Notes: generated by a model from the letters alone, not told the origin. Numbered from the stretch's first letter, positions 29,970 through 40,791 are shown. The stretch is DNA of 64,000 bases from Sedimentisphaerales bacterium (GCA_963666285.1 OY762711.1); one strand, 5' to 3'. A program made the numbers and translations.

Positions 29970-32522
29970 TTAGTTATATTGCAGCCAGTTACCTGTCATA
30001 ATATTTAAGTCGATTAAATTTACAACATTGTCGCTGTTCAGGTCAGCACCAAAACAGGATAGATTAAATTGACAATCTTCTTCCAGCCATTCACTGGCAA
30101 TTATTTCAAAATCCTTGAAATCAACGATGTCATCCAGGTTAAGATTACCGGCAACAAACATATTATCAGTTTCTACTCTTAGCTTAGGCTGATACTCAGC
30201 TACCTCATTCTCTTTTGAAGCAAATGACGTATAACTTCTCTGGACCTGAATTGGTGAATCAATGATAAAGGAAGCAATACCATTGGAATTTCCGGTCTGA
30301 TTTAATAAATCTGTTACATTTATCTCATATGGCCGGCCAATAACAAGATCTGATCCGGAAAATATTACTTCTCCGGTTAATGGTACAGGCTCGGTATTCC
30401 ATGTCATCGAATTCTCACCCCAAAGATCATCAGCATCGTCCAATAGTCTGACACGCAAAGTCGCTGTTGGTTGCGATGTAAGAGGTACCAGGGTAAGCAG
30501 CCCACTATTTACCGTTCCTGTTCCCTTGCTGTTATAATCAAAACGCATCAGCGCATGACGGCTATAAGAACCAATATCATTCTTAACGATCATTCCGCTG
30601 TCCAAACCATAATTGACATCGGCATAATCACCACTGCGAACATAGGTATCTGCTGATGGAACCAGCATCATGCTCAGTTCAGCCGCACCACCGGCAGGAT
30701 TTTCTCTTGACCTGATAGAGAAATTTCCATCATTTGGGTTCCTGGTGAGAATAAAAGTTACTTCTCCATTGCTGTCCTGTTTCAAAAACGATACCAGCTT
30801 TGCGTTTGATAAGATAAATGTATCTTGAGTTGAACTACAGGCAAATGTACCAATCAATGAAATATTCTCATCCTCAGAGAAATCCGGCCTATACGGAGCA
30901 TTATAGCCGGTAATAGTTGATTCTGACCAGTCGACTCCTAAAACATCTCCCTTTTTACCATCATTTACCCCCCACACTGTTATCGTACCGGAATTAACAT
31001 CTGCACTATCAAGAGTAAATTCCAACTGTGCAGAACCGGTTACAGCCCTATCAGGCAAAGTGAAATGCATCCATGCTGTACGTGTATAGCTCGAAGTCTC
31101 TCCGGCAGAACTTCTTTTTATGATAATCGAAGCACTGCTGCCGTAATTATTTCTGGTCGTACCATTAACATAAGTATCAGCATCTGTTTGAACTGCCCAC
31201 AAAGGAGGGATTGTTACATGAATCTTTATCAATACCAAACCTGTAGCGATCTTTCCGGAAGAATCTTTAACAGTATAATGGACATAGTCCAGGCGGTCTG
31301 ATGCAACATTATCTCTATAGGTATATAGTATTTCATCTCTACCTTCAAGGCCGGTACCTTCGGATCTTGAAATACTGAAACCTAAATTAGAGGTTTCTTC
31401 AAAAGAAAGCAATTCAAGACCATCGGCATTAGCATCAAAATCGTTCGCTAATACATCTATTCTAATCTGATTTTCACGACCGAGATCACATGAAATTGCC
31501 TGCAAATCCAATGCAGCGTAAGGTGGAAACTCAACTGTCTGGTAAGCACCACCAATACTGTACAGCTTGTTGCCTATATATTTATTGCGATGTAATAAAT
31601 GATCTCTTACTGATGGTCCACAAAAACGTGTAATGCCGTTACCGCAATTAATGGTAGGCCCTTCTGGACTACCGCCTTCGTAATCAGCACAACCAAAATT
31701 ATGTCCAAGCTCATGTCTGCCGGCACCCATAAACCATCCGGTACTCTTGCACTGAGAAATATTATATGAGCCCGGACAATACGCCACCCCGCCGCCAATA
31801 TTGGTTGTAGCCAGCATCGCTTTGAAACAATATTGCATTGCGTCAGATTGATTATTAGCCCATTCTGAAGCAAAGGGACTAAGCAAAGCTGTGCCGGAGA
31901 TACCCTGGAAAGGACAATTCTGCTGTGAAGCTCTAAGAACAACTCTACCAATAGAGGGTTTCATCATATTGTCCCTGAGCTGGATAACTTTCCATTCGCA
32001 CATATTTTTTTCAATATTCTCAAAGGCTTTGGCGGCATCGGAGCTATATATTTTGCTGTAGCAATCATAATCAACATCTAAACCCATTTCATATTCATAA
32101 ACAATCTCACCGCCCATACCGGCTTCTACAGTCGGGGTAGTAGAATAAGAATAGGTTGGTTCGCGAAACACTTTACCTGTAATACTACTACCGGAGACAG
32201 TCCAAAGCCAGCCTCTGTCAAGGTAGATTCTCGCCCATAGTGTACCATCAGATTCAAGATATCCTGCAGCCACCGCATCATCAAGTTCATCAACTGTACC
32301 GATATATGTCCGCACTTCACCAGGGGTATAACTATCATACTCACCACTGTTATTCTGAATTTTTATATTAAAATTCGGACCGCGCAGGGTTTCTTTTACC
32401 ATATGAAGAGTATATGTATTATCACCGTCAACAATTTCCTGAGTAAGCAGCTCAGGAACCTGAGCATACGCCTGAACAGACATAATAAGAACCAGATAAA
32501 ATAATATATATCTTAATCTCAT
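29970..32522 (-). CDS. Secreted zinc metallopeptidase (metzincin-like) with Ig-like, two DNRLRE-type CBM-like and dockerin-like domains
   Basis: HELGHNFGCAD motif (31683-31715); DVLAND Ig repeat; two ADTYV...NYG modules; C-terminal GNLNLDDIVDFKDF..EWL / ADLNSDNVVNLIDL..NWL. Confidence 0.7.
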   Translation of the reverse strand: MRLRYILFYLVLIMSVQAYAQVPELLTQEIVDGDNTYTLHMVKETLRGPNFNIKIQNNSGEYDSYTPGEVRTYIGTVDELDDAVAAGYLESDGTLWARIYLDRGWLWTVSGSSITGKVFREPTYSYSTTPTVEAGMGGEIVYEYEMGLDVDYDCYSKIYSSDAAKAFENIEKNMCEWKVIQLRDNMMKPSIGRVVLRASQQNCPFQGISGTALLSPFASEWANNQSDAMQYCFKAMLATTNIGGGVAYCPGSYNISQCKSTGWFMGAGRHELGHNFGCADYEGGSPEGPTINCGNGITRFCGPSVRDHLLHRNKYIGNKLYSIGGAYQTVEFPPYAALDLQAISCDLGRENQIRIDVLANDFDANADGLELLSFEETSNLGFSISRSEGTGLEGRDEILYTYRDNVASDRLDYVHYTVKDSSGKIATGLVLIKIHVTIPPLWAVQTDADTYVNGTTRNNYGSSASIIIKRSSAGETSSYTRTAWMHFTLPDRAVTGSAQLEFTLDSADVNSGTITVWGVNDGKKGDVLGVDWSESTITGYNAPYRPDFSEDENISLIGTFACSSTQDTFILSNAKLVSFLKQDSNGEVTFILTRNPNDGNFSIRSRENPAGGAAELSMMLVPSADTYVRSGDYADVNYGLDSGMIVKNDIGSYSRHALMRFDYNSKGTGTVNSGLLTLVPLTSQPTATLRVRLLDDADDLWGENSMTWNTEPVPLTGEVIFSGSDLVIGRPYEINVTDLLNQTGNSNGIASFIIDSPIQVQRSYTSFASKENEVAEYQPKLRVETDNMFVAGNLNLDDIVDFKDFEIIASEWLEEDCQFNLSCFGADLNSDNVVNLIDLNIMTGNWLQYN

Positions 32523-32566
32523 AATTTACTACTTCTCTATATAATCTACTTTTTGCAATAAATAAA

Positions 32567-32595
32567 TAGAGAAAGGACTTACAGTCCTTTCTCTA
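32567..32595 (-). terminator. Intrinsic terminator-like hairpin
   Basis: TAGAGAAAGGACT-tac-AGTCCTTTCTCTA, 13-bp stem, followed by TTTATTT on the minus strand. Confidence 0.7.
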
Positions 32596-32628
32596 ACAGT
32601 AATATTAAAACTTCTAAAAGGTATAACA

Positions 32629-34869
32629 TTATCTAGGTATCAAGCCGCTTTCCAGCCAGCTTTCTACAATTACTTCTAAGTCATACAAGTCAACCTGACA
32701 ATCCTGAGTGCCGTCCGGACCGGAAAGATCCCATGCAGGGCGATACAAACAGGTTTTCACACCGGTATAATCAAAATACATACCAGCCACTTCGTCCATA
32801 TCCAAGGCATAATTGTAAATTTGGAAGTCATCGATAGCTCCCTGCCAGTATTCACCACTATATCCTTTGCCAATGTATAAAGAAACAGCATCTTTCATAG
32901 GAGTGGTTTTACCAGTACCACTGGTAAATTCAGCTCCATTCAGGTATATTTTCATCTGACCGGTAGCAATATTCTTTGTTGCTACAACATAAGTCCAAAC
33001 ATCCTGAAGTTCCGAAGGTGACTTATCTTTAGAAATACGATCGTACCCGAAACTATTACCAGCATCCAAATAGATCGCATCTGACCATGGGAAGTTCATG
33101 GATATCATACGACTTCCAGATTCGTTATATGCACCAAATACAGTAGTTTTTTCGAACGAACCTACATTCGCCCAAAAAGCTATCGATATTTGCTGCTCAG
33201 TAACATTGTCAAATACACTTGCCGGGAATTCGACATGACCGGCACCAGTTAAGCTCAACGCCTCGCCGGTAACTTCCGGATCAAAACCATCAACAAATTC
33301 TAAAGTAGCATTAGGATCATTACTCGCCACCCATGCTCCACTGTTGCTTCCAATATTATCTTCCAGCGTTTCATTGAAAGTAAGATTTACCACCTGGCGT
33401 TTTACAACAATTATAGCGGTTTCTGATTCTGTTGTTTTGTCATTTGTATCACAGGTTACAATACACTTATAAGTGCCTTCATTTTCAACCTGTGTGCCGG
33501 CAATTATATACTCAGCGTCTGTAGCACCGGCAACCGGGCTGTCACCCAGATACCACTGATAAGACAAACCTTCTGTATCAGGCTCGAAAGGGTCGGTTGC
33601 TTCAACAGCCAAAACTGCCTGCTCACCGGCAAAGACAAACTGATCCGCCGGCTGAACATCAATTACAGGAACAGCAGGAATGGTCTCAAATGTCCAGTTC
33701 AAACCTCTCAGTATTGTACCATCTGAAAGTTTCTCATCAACACGCCAGGTATAAACTGCACTTCTCTTTAATTCAGGGCTATAAGAACCAGTACCGCTAT
33801 TATCATCTGAAATAATAATTGGAGTCACATCCATCATATTAGGATCGTTTGCTGCACTCAAATATAATTGATGTTCTGTTACATCAAGATCGAGAGCTGT
33901 ATTCCAAGTCAGATCAGAATCAATAGAAACTCCTTCTTCGCCATTTTCCGGCACAGGATTCCATGCCAATGAGTTAATGGTAAGAGTTCCATCTCCGGAA
34001 AAAGCACTTGATCCTGTCAGAGTATTAAGCTCAGCAGAAGTATAAGTACCAGGATCAACAGCAATGCCATCAAATTCAAGACCGCCAATTACAGAATCCT
34101 TATCGTAAATGTTCAACATGGCAGTACTGTCCATTACAAGCATACCACTGCCGGCATCAACATTTACTCTAAAATGAATCATACTATAGTAGCCCAGATT
34201 CATTGTACCAGTACCCCAACCGGCTGTTCCATAAAAGTGAACATTGAGAGTTTCAGCGGCTGTGCTATAAACATTCCAGTTTCCAGCATAACCACTATTA
34301 TCACCATTTAGATAAACAGTTCTGCCAGAACCCTGGCTGGTACGATACATTTCAATATTACCATAACCTGAAATAGCTTCAGTAAACACTAACTGATAAG
34401 TCCAGCTGCAACGAACAGTGTCAACGAGAATAGTGTTGTCACCAAAGAATTTAACCGGACTGTCAATCAGCAGCTTTCCGGATGCATATCCGCAGCGTGT
34501 ATCCAGGGTAGAATCTGTCAATGAGAAATCAGGAATAATGTTATGCTGCTCGCGACCGGAAAAACTTTCGATATTGCGATACAGAATAATCGTACCATTA
34601 TTAACTGCCAGACTTTTTCCGCCAAAGGTCTCGGTTGAACTGGTTGAAGAACCACCATTATCCGGATTCTGTACAGTAAAACCGTCGACAATATAGTCAT
34701 TCCCTGCCGATGGAGCAAGATCGTTATCCCAGTTTTCTACGGTGGACCAGATAGTATCAGCACCGCCGTCATCCCAGGTTACTGTACCGGCCATAGCACC
34801 AGCAGAAATTACCTGGCTGCCGAAAACGGCAGCAAATATAGAAATCATTATTTTTTTACAGTTTGTCAT
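32629..34869 (-). CDS. Secreted multidomain protein: beta-strand repeat region, Ig, LamG-like and dockerin-like domains
   Basis: Signal peptide; TWDDGGADTIWSTVENW; YTWRVDE; YQWY...GTYKC Ig; GAIDDFQIYNYAL LamG; DCQVDLYDL...SWL terminus. Confidence 0.75.
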   Translation of the reverse strand: MTNCKKIMISIFAAVFGSQVISAGAMAGTVTWDDGGADTIWSTVENWDNDLAPSAGNDYIVDGFTVQNPDNGGSSTSSTETFGGKSLAVNNGTIILYRNIESFSGREQHNIIPDFSLTDSTLDTRCGYASGKLLIDSPVKFFGDNTILVDTVRCSWTYQLVFTEAISGYGNIEMYRTSQGSGRTVYLNGDNSGYAGNWNVYSTAAETLNVHFYGTAGWGTGTMNLGYYSMIHFRVNVDAGSGMLVMDSTAMLNIYDKDSVIGGLEFDGIAVDPGTYTSAELNTLTGSSAFSGDGTLTINSLAWNPVPENGEEGVSIDSDLTWNTALDLDVTEHQLYLSAANDPNMMDVTPIIISDDNSGTGSYSPELKRSAVYTWRVDEKLSDGTILRGLNWTFETIPAVPVIDVQPADQFVFAGEQAVLAVEATDPFEPDTEGLSYQWYLGDSPVAGATDAEYIIAGTQVENEGTYKCIVTCDTNDKTTESETAIIVVKRQVVNLTFNETLEDNIGSNSGAWVASNDPNATLEFVDGFDPEVTGEALSLTGAGHVEFPASVFDNVTEQQISIAFWANVGSFEKTTVFGAYNESGSRMISMNFPWSDAIYLDAGNSFGYDRISKDKSPSELQDVWTYVVATKNIATGQMKIYLNGAEFTSGTGKTTPMKDAVSLYIGKGYSGEYWQGAIDDFQIYNYALDMDEVAGMYFDYTGVKTCLYRPAWDLSGPDGTQDCQVDLYDLEVIVESWLESGLIPR

Positions 34870-34905
34870 TATATAATCCTCCAGGAATTTATTATTAAGG
34901 TTAAA

Positions 34906-36963
34906 TTATTCCGGCCTGTTGCCGTCTTCCAGCCATTCAGCTGCAAATGATGAAAAGTCAAATAAATCTACTACACAATCAGGAGTACCTTCCGGACCGG
35001 TTTTATCAAGTACCGGTGGATACAGACATATTTTACTTCCAGTGTAGTCAAAGTATAATCCGGCTACACCTTCATCATCGAAAGAGTAATTATAAACCTT
35101 GAGTTCATCGAGAGAGCCGTTCAAGAATCCACTTGGCACTCCGCGACCATTTGACGCACCTACCAGCACATCAAAATTCCATTCGCCAAACTCCTGAAAT
35201 GCGGCGTTTGATGTAGCTGAGCCCTGATTTTGACCATCAACATAAATAGCCATACGAGCACCTTCAGCAGAAGCTTCCCAGGTGAGGACAACAAAATGCC
35301 ACTGATCATCATTAACAGTACCAATATTTCTTTCAATTGAGGTCTGATCAATATCACGAAGATAACCGCGTACCTTACCGTCTTTGATATGACATTGGAA
35401 ACCGGTCGTATAATGCTGCGGCTGGTTATTGTATATACCTAAAATATTACTGTCGGTATCAGCAGAAGTCTTAAGCCAACATGAAATTGTGCCATGCTCA
35501 AGTGAAGAATTATTCTTCGGATAAGCTTCTGTTCCAATATTGATATAATATGAACCGTCAAGACTCAAAGCACCGTCAGAATCGCCATTCCAGCCTTCTG
35601 AGTAAGCATCTGTAGCTGTATAGATGTTCGGGTCTACATATTGGTATGCCGCCCCGTGGTTACTGCCTACACCATCCTGCAGGTCGTTATCAAAGGCATA
35701 ATACTGAACAACTCTTTCAACAGAAACAGCGGCAGAGTCAGAGTCAACAGTAGCTCCATTAGAAGCAATCTTAACCTGGCAATAGTAAATACCTTCATCT
35801 GACACCTGTGCAGAGGATATTGACAAAGCTGCACTGGTCTGACCGGAAAGTGCTTCACCATTTTTATACCACTGATATTCCAGGCCTGCACTTGATGTAG
35901 TAAATGGATTGAAACCTTCCACTTCAAGTTCTATTGCAGTATCCGGTTTTACCAGTAGATCGGTAACAGGTTGTACAGAAACTTCAGGAACAGAAAGTAA
36001 TGTATAGAAATTCCAGACATCACCGGTAACAACCGAGCCATCATTTAGTTTCTCATCAACTCGCCATGCATATTGTGCATCACGTACAAGGGTGCCGCCA
36101 GGAATAACATGAGAGCCACTACCAGAACCATCAACTGCATATTCAACTGCAGTAATATCAGCTAAATTAGGGTCTTCACCATTTAATGCTGCTGTTGACA
36201 CATATACCATATGATGAGTAATATCAGAATTTGGAAGTGATATATTATCAGGATCGATACCAGTATTCCAGGTCAATGTCAAAGCTTCAGTTACGGTAAC
36301 ATCTTCCTGACCTGATACAGGTAACGGCTGCCAGGCTTTAGGCTCAAATACTATATCTAATTGCGGTGCACCGGAAGAAGCTTCACGAGAATATAATGTA
36401 AAATTCTGATCGTTACTATTTCGGCTCAACAATATTGTGATCTCATCATTTGTATCCGCATTTATGAAATCAACCAGAGAATCTGTACTAACAGTAAAGA
36501 TATCTCCATCAGCAGGAGCTGAGCTCCAGGAGAAACTACCTAAATTGGTAAGATTCTCGCCTTCAGCAAAGTCGGGCAGATATAGAGCGTTCCCGGCATT
36601 AATCTCAGTCTCGGTCCAGTCTGTACCAAGTAAATCACCGGGCTGACCGTCAATAACACCCCAAACAGTTACAGTGCCACTTCCAGCTGTATTACTGCCA
36701 GTACAGAATGCAAAGCTTAAAACAGCCTCATTGGCAGGAGGCTGGCCGGTCAGATCAAAATGAAACCAGCCATCTCGATTATACGATGAAGTAGCTCCGG
36801 TAGTCGACCTCTTCAGAACAATAGAACTTTCGGCTCCATGATTACTACTGTCACCCACTTTAACAAAAGTGTCAGCATCGGAAACAATTACTCCAGCCTG
36901 CACTACACATGAAAGCAATTGGACCATCAGGAAAGCCAGAAAGACCTTAACATAATTTGACAT
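34906..36963 (-). CDS. Secreted multidomain protein: DNRLRE-type module, Ig, LamG-like and dockerin-like domains
   Basis: Signal peptide; SDADTFV; YAWRVDE; YQWYKNG...GIYYC; GSLDELKVYNY; DCVVDLFDF...EWL. Confidence 0.75.
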   Translation of the reverse strand: MSNYVKVFLAFLMVQLLSCVVQAGVIVSDADTFVKVGDSSNHGAESSIVLKRSTTGATSSYNRDGWFHFDLTGQPPANEAVLSFAFCTGSNTAGSGTVTVWGVIDGQPGDLLGTDWTETEINAGNALYLPDFAEGENLTNLGSFSWSSAPADGDIFTVSTDSLVDFINADTNDEITILLSRNSNDQNFTLYSREASSGAPQLDIVFEPKAWQPLPVSGQEDVTVTEALTLTWNTGIDPDNISLPNSDITHHMVYVSTAALNGEDPNLADITAVEYAVDGSGSGSHVIPGGTLVRDAQYAWRVDEKLNDGSVVTGDVWNFYTLLSVPEVSVQPVTDLLVKPDTAIELEVEGFNPFTTSSAGLEYQWYKNGEALSGQTSAALSISSAQVSDEGIYYCQVKIASNGATVDSDSAAVSVERVVQYYAFDNDLQDGVGSNHGAAYQYVDPNIYTATDAYSEGWNGDSDGALSLDGSYYINIGTEAYPKNNSSLEHGTISCWLKTSADTDSNILGIYNNQPQHYTTGFQCHIKDGKVRGYLRDIDQTSIERNIGTVNDDQWHFVVLTWEASAEGARMAIYVDGQNQGSATSNAAFQEFGEWNFDVLVGASNGRGVPSGFLNGSLDELKVYNYSFDDEGVAGLYFDYTGSKICLYPPVLDKTGPEGTPDCVVDLFDFSSFAAEWLEDGNRPE

Positions 36964-37031
36964 AGTCTTATTCCTCCAAAAAAAAATATTATTAAAAGCA
37001 ACTAAACAATTAAATTCAAAATATACGTATA

Positions 37032-38804
37032 CTATTGTCCGGGATTACCACTAAGGTATATTTCCTGGATTTCTTTATCTGAAAGTACCCTATCAAACAG
37101 TGCCAGTTCATCTATTTTACCATTAAAGAAATATCCATCTTTATCTGAACCGTCTGCCCCCAGAAGCAAATATGAATTAACCCTTTTCGGAGTAAAATCA
37201 TATTCTTTACTGCCAATCAACTCGCCATTATAATAAAACCTTACTGTTTTATTATCGTGTGTTACAGTTATATATTTCCAATCAGTGCCATAACCGTCAG
37301 GCATCGTTTGCGATACTTCCTTACTAATACTCCCGCTAATATTTATCCTGAAAAACCTTATCAGGTTCTTTTCAACAATCAGTCTGTAATTACAATGCCC
37401 GCCCGGTATTCTATTGGAAATAACTGTTCCTCTGCTGCCAGAGCCAATCCAGGCAGATATTGTTATAGGCCCGGTAATTTGTATTTCCGGACAATTCAGA
37501 TTTGCCAAAGACATATTTCTCAGGCTGAACGACTCGTTACCCGGCACTACAGCATATTGTCTTTTATCACTATTAAACTGCATGGAAAACTTGTTGGCCC
37601 ATCTTCCTTTTGACCAAACAGGATTATTTTCCGACGAACTCTCACTTCCCAGTAAAGCATTTAATCTTGAACCAGTTGCCATTGAAAAGTTTTTCAAGTG
37701 CATCGTATCGTCTTGCGGCTTTTCAAATGTATAATATGCTACCAGATTGGGATCCCTTTTTATTTCATAACTATTGGCAAGCCAGCGGTGGTATGATGAC
37801 CCTGCTTTGCTTAATGCCCGTGCTTCAAATTCACCCGTTCTAACAAATGCCAAATCATTATATTCAAGTTTTGACACTTCTCTATTATTATCAACGCGCC
37901 ATGCATGGCCCTCGGTAATTAAAAGAGAATCATTAAAAGTATTTTGATCGACATTATCTGAGGCATAAGTTGCCATACTAACCTTACCGTCAAATACATA
38001 AGTATCTAATTGATCATTTTGAACCGACACACCAAACTCTGTGCCCAGATCTACTATTTTTACTCCCTTGGCATAAACAGAAAAACCAATTGCCTTAGGT
38101 GGAACTGAAGCAGATATCTTTCCTTGCTCAAGGTAAACTTCCCTTTCAGAACGAAATTCCAGTGCGGCAGGTGCTTCCAATACCAATTCGGCACCATCGT
38201 CCATTAAGATCGAAGCGAAACCTTCCTCTAGAGATAACTTACCTGTATATATATCACCACCAGGCGAAATCGAATTGTCATCCCAGCGGGCATCTAACTG
38301 CTGTACCAAAGTCGCCACTGAAACTTTATATTTGGGCGGGAAAACATTCGCATAAATGATAAAAACTATCATTAAAACCGCTGCGATGGAAACAATCACA
38401 CTATAAAGACGATAAAATTTATTCGACTTGATTGTATTTACTTCATTTTTAGCTGACACATCTTCTTTATACGCGACATTCTCTGTACTTGGATAGCTTA
38501 TTGCCACCTCGGGAGCCCGCATCTCATTTTCCAGGAGAGAATGCATTATTTCCATATCGAACATTGAAGAATCTGAATTGCTCTTTTTAACATCGTGTGA
38601 ATTAAATAATATTTTATTTATTGAATTATCCGAGCTCAAAAGCAAATCATGTATTTCTCTTCGGAACAACATGGAATCAATGAACTTCCTGGCATTTTGC
38701 TGATCCTGCTTTATCCATTCAGATAATTCCTGAAACTGCTGCTCATTCATAGAATCAGGATCAAGCATATACCTGCTTAATAATTGTTCGATTCTATCTG
38801 TCAT
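37032..38804 (-). CDS. FecR-like anti-sigma factor with C-terminal LamG domain
   Basis: Single TM (VIVSIAAVLMIVFIIY); FecR motif VDLGTEFGV...VFDGKV; GKIDELALFDRVLS. Overlaps the sigma gene stop by 4 bp. Confidence 0.85.
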   Translation of the reverse strand: MTDRIEQLLSRYMLDPDSMNEQQFQELSEWIKQDQQNARKFIDSMLFRREIHDLLLSSDNSINKILFNSHDVKKSNSDSSMFDMEIMHSLLENEMRAPEVAISYPSTENVAYKEDVSAKNEVNTIKSNKFYRLYSVIVSIAAVLMIVFIIYANVFPPKYKVSVATLVQQLDARWDDNSISPGGDIYTGKLSLEEGFASILMDDGAELVLEAPAALEFRSEREVYLEQGKISASVPPKAIGFSVYAKGVKIVDLGTEFGVSVQNDQLDTYVFDGKVSMATYASDNVDQNTFNDSLLITEGHAWRVDNNREVSKLEYNDLAFVRTGEFEARALSKAGSSYHRWLANSYEIKRDPNLVAYYTFEKPQDDTMHLKNFSMATGSRLNALLGSESSSENNPVWSKGRWANKFSMQFNSDKRQYAVVPGNESFSLRNMSLANLNCPEIQITGPITISAWIGSGSRGTVISNRIPGGHCNYRLIVEKNLIRFFRINISGSISKEVSQTMPDGYGTDWKYITVTHDNKTVRFYYNGELIGSKEYDFTPKRVNSYLLLGADGSDKDGYFFNGKIDELALFDRVLSDKEIQEIYLSGNPGQ

Positions 38805-39334
38805 TGTTGAGCCTCGCTTAGTTTCTTTTCAACACAATTTTTTAACGCTAATCTAATGCGATGAAGTGAAACGAACACATTATTTCTGGTCATGCTTAAT
38901 TGCTGGGCAATCCGATTAGGACTAAACTCATAGTAATAATGCATTTCAACAATTTTTTTCCATTTTGTCTTGAGTACCTTCAAGCAGCTTTTCAAGTGAT
39001 TGCTCACTTTCTTTTTATGCTCCATAATACTCTGCAAATCATCCTCATATACTTCGGAGATAATACTTATAGCATCACTATCCAGCATCAGCCTGTTTTT
39101 ACGCTTTTCGGCATAGTACATTAGTATTAAATTTCGTGCAATTCCTATAGCCCAGGCTGTAAAAGACCCACTCCTGTCGAATGTATCAAATTTATCCACT
39201 GTAATTACGGCGACATTCTGCATAATATCATCCGCATCCTGAAAATTTGAGACCTGTGCATTAATATAATTTGCAATCTGCGGCTGAGATTGTGCCCAGA
39301 ATATTGCTAACTCTTTGTTTTCATCTTTATTCAT
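38801..39334 (-). CDS. ECF sigma-70 factor (Planctomycete/Verrucomicrobia type)
   Basis: DADDIMQNV, FTAWAIGIARN, region 4 IAQQLSMTRNNVFVSLHRIRLALKNCVE. Confidence 0.9.
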   Translation of the reverse strand: MNKDENKELAIFWAQSQPQIANYINAQVSNFQDADDIMQNVAVITVDKFDTFDRSGSFTAWAIGIARNLILMYYAEKRKNRLMLDSDAISIISEVYEDDLQSIMEHKKKVSNHLKSCLKVLKTKWKKIVEMHYYYEFSPNRIAQQLSMTRNNVFVSLHRIRLALKNCVEKKLSEAQQ

Positions 39335-39790
39335 TGGTTTATCAGAAGAAATTTAGCTGTTAAAAGGTATAGAATCTTATCTTCTACTATCTATTTGTGT
39401 TTTTCTGAATATCTTACAGAAAAAATATATAAAAACAAAAAAATGAGAAAATATGTTACAAAAGCATCGCCCTTTAGTTACATATGTACTTATACTAAAA
39501 GCAGTTACAAAAAAACACGCAATTATTTACATATTTTCTATGCCTTAAAAGCAAAAAAACAAGTGTTTTATAACTTAAACGCGAAGTAATATGCTTTCCT
39601 TATAACTGTATTGGTTATCGATACCATAATCCCCCTTGCAGGCAAGTCAAAACTTCCAGCATTGTATCATTCAACTATATAATCGGCCATATAGCAAAAT
39701 AACTCTTGTATTAGTTACATGCTTATAGTCCTATAATCTGGCAAATTGCGTAATAATATATAAAACATCAAGCTATAATGCCGAGTTAAT

Positions 39791-39847
39791 TACATATATC
39801 CATTATCTAATTACACCTGTCTATTGCCCAAAATACAAAGATGAGAT
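39791..39847 (+). promoter_or_regulatory. AraC-type tandem site with sigma70-like promoter for the deacetylase operon
   Basis: TACATATATCCATT (39791) and TACACCTGTCTATT (39812), 21-bp period, overlapping TTGCCC. A GATAAT -10-like box follows. Confidence 0.65.
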
Positions 39848-39912
39848 AATCTACTAAAAGAGACATAATTAACTATTTTAGAATAAGTAATAACAAAAAG
39901 TAAAACCGGAAT

Positions 39913-40782
39913 ATGATTGACAAATACATAGAAGAATACTACAGATATGTACACTTTTCAGGCACTGAATGCCTTAAAGGTAACACCCTTGAAGAAGTTT
40001 CGTTTAACAGCCAGGATAAAGAAGAGTGTTTTGCCGTTATAAGCCCACATGATGATGATGGAGCTTTAGGAGCCGGCCTGCTTATGCAGCTTGCACTAGA
40101 AGAAGGCGTAAAAGTCCATGTAGTTATAGTAACCGACGGAGGCATGGGATATTGCTCTAATGAAGAAAAGGGAGTTATATCCGGCATCCGAAAGGAAGAA
40201 ACACATAAATGCTATAAAACCCTGGGGATACCTGAAGAAAATATACACTGGCTGGGTTTCCCTGACTGCAATTTATTCCAACACCAGGGACGAAGAAAAT
40301 GCCAGACAGGTGAGATGGGAGAATATGCGGGTTATACCGGACTGCAAAATTCATTTACCCAGATACTGAGAAAAGTACGGCCGACACAATGTTTTATTCC
40401 AACGCGAAATGACTTACACCCAGACCATAAATTGATCTACGATGAACTGCTGATCAGTATTTTTCATGCAACTGGTTCTATCTGGCCGGAACTGGGTTTG
40501 TCACTGGAACAGACTCCATCTGTACATGAAATTGCTGTCTATTGCGATTTCCCAGAACCGCCAACCTTTCAAATCAATGCCGATGAAAGCCTTCTTGAAA
40601 GAAAGCTTTATGCGATTAACGCCTTTCAGTCACAAAAGCAGATTGCCAGCTTGATCGAAGGAGTTAGAAACGGCGGGCCGCAAGAATACCTACGCACTAT
40701 TGATTTTCGCTTTTATAATCCCAAAGTATACTCAAAAATGTTTCAGAAGATTTTGAAAGAATATGAAGCTTTAGCGAAATAG
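39913..40782 (+). CDS. PIG-L/LmbE family de-N-acetylase
   Basis: SPHDDD, VTDG, R..E, HPDH and AFQSQ motifs. Confidence 0.85.
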   Translation: MIDKYIEEYYRYVHFSGTECLKGNTLEEVSFNSQDKEECFAVISPHDDDGALGAGLLMQLALEEGVKVHVVIVTDGGMGYCSNEEKGVISGIRKEETHKCYKTLGIPEENIHWLGFPDCNLFQHQGRRKCQTGEMGEYAGYTGLQNSFTQILRKVRPTQCFIPTRNDLHPDHKLIYDELLISIFHATGSIWPELGLSLEQTPSVHEIAVYCDFPEPPTFQINADESLLERKLYAINAFQSQKQIASLIEGVRNGGPQEYLRTIDFRFYNPKVYSKMFQKILKEYEALAK

Positions 40783-40791
40783 GCGAGATTA

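Noticed and set aside
39409..39510. Repeated GTTACA/TGTAA motifs upstream of the ECF sigma gene as an ECF promoter or sixth AraC site
   Set aside because: Short motifs with irregular spacing in very AT-rich DNA; only a half-site match.
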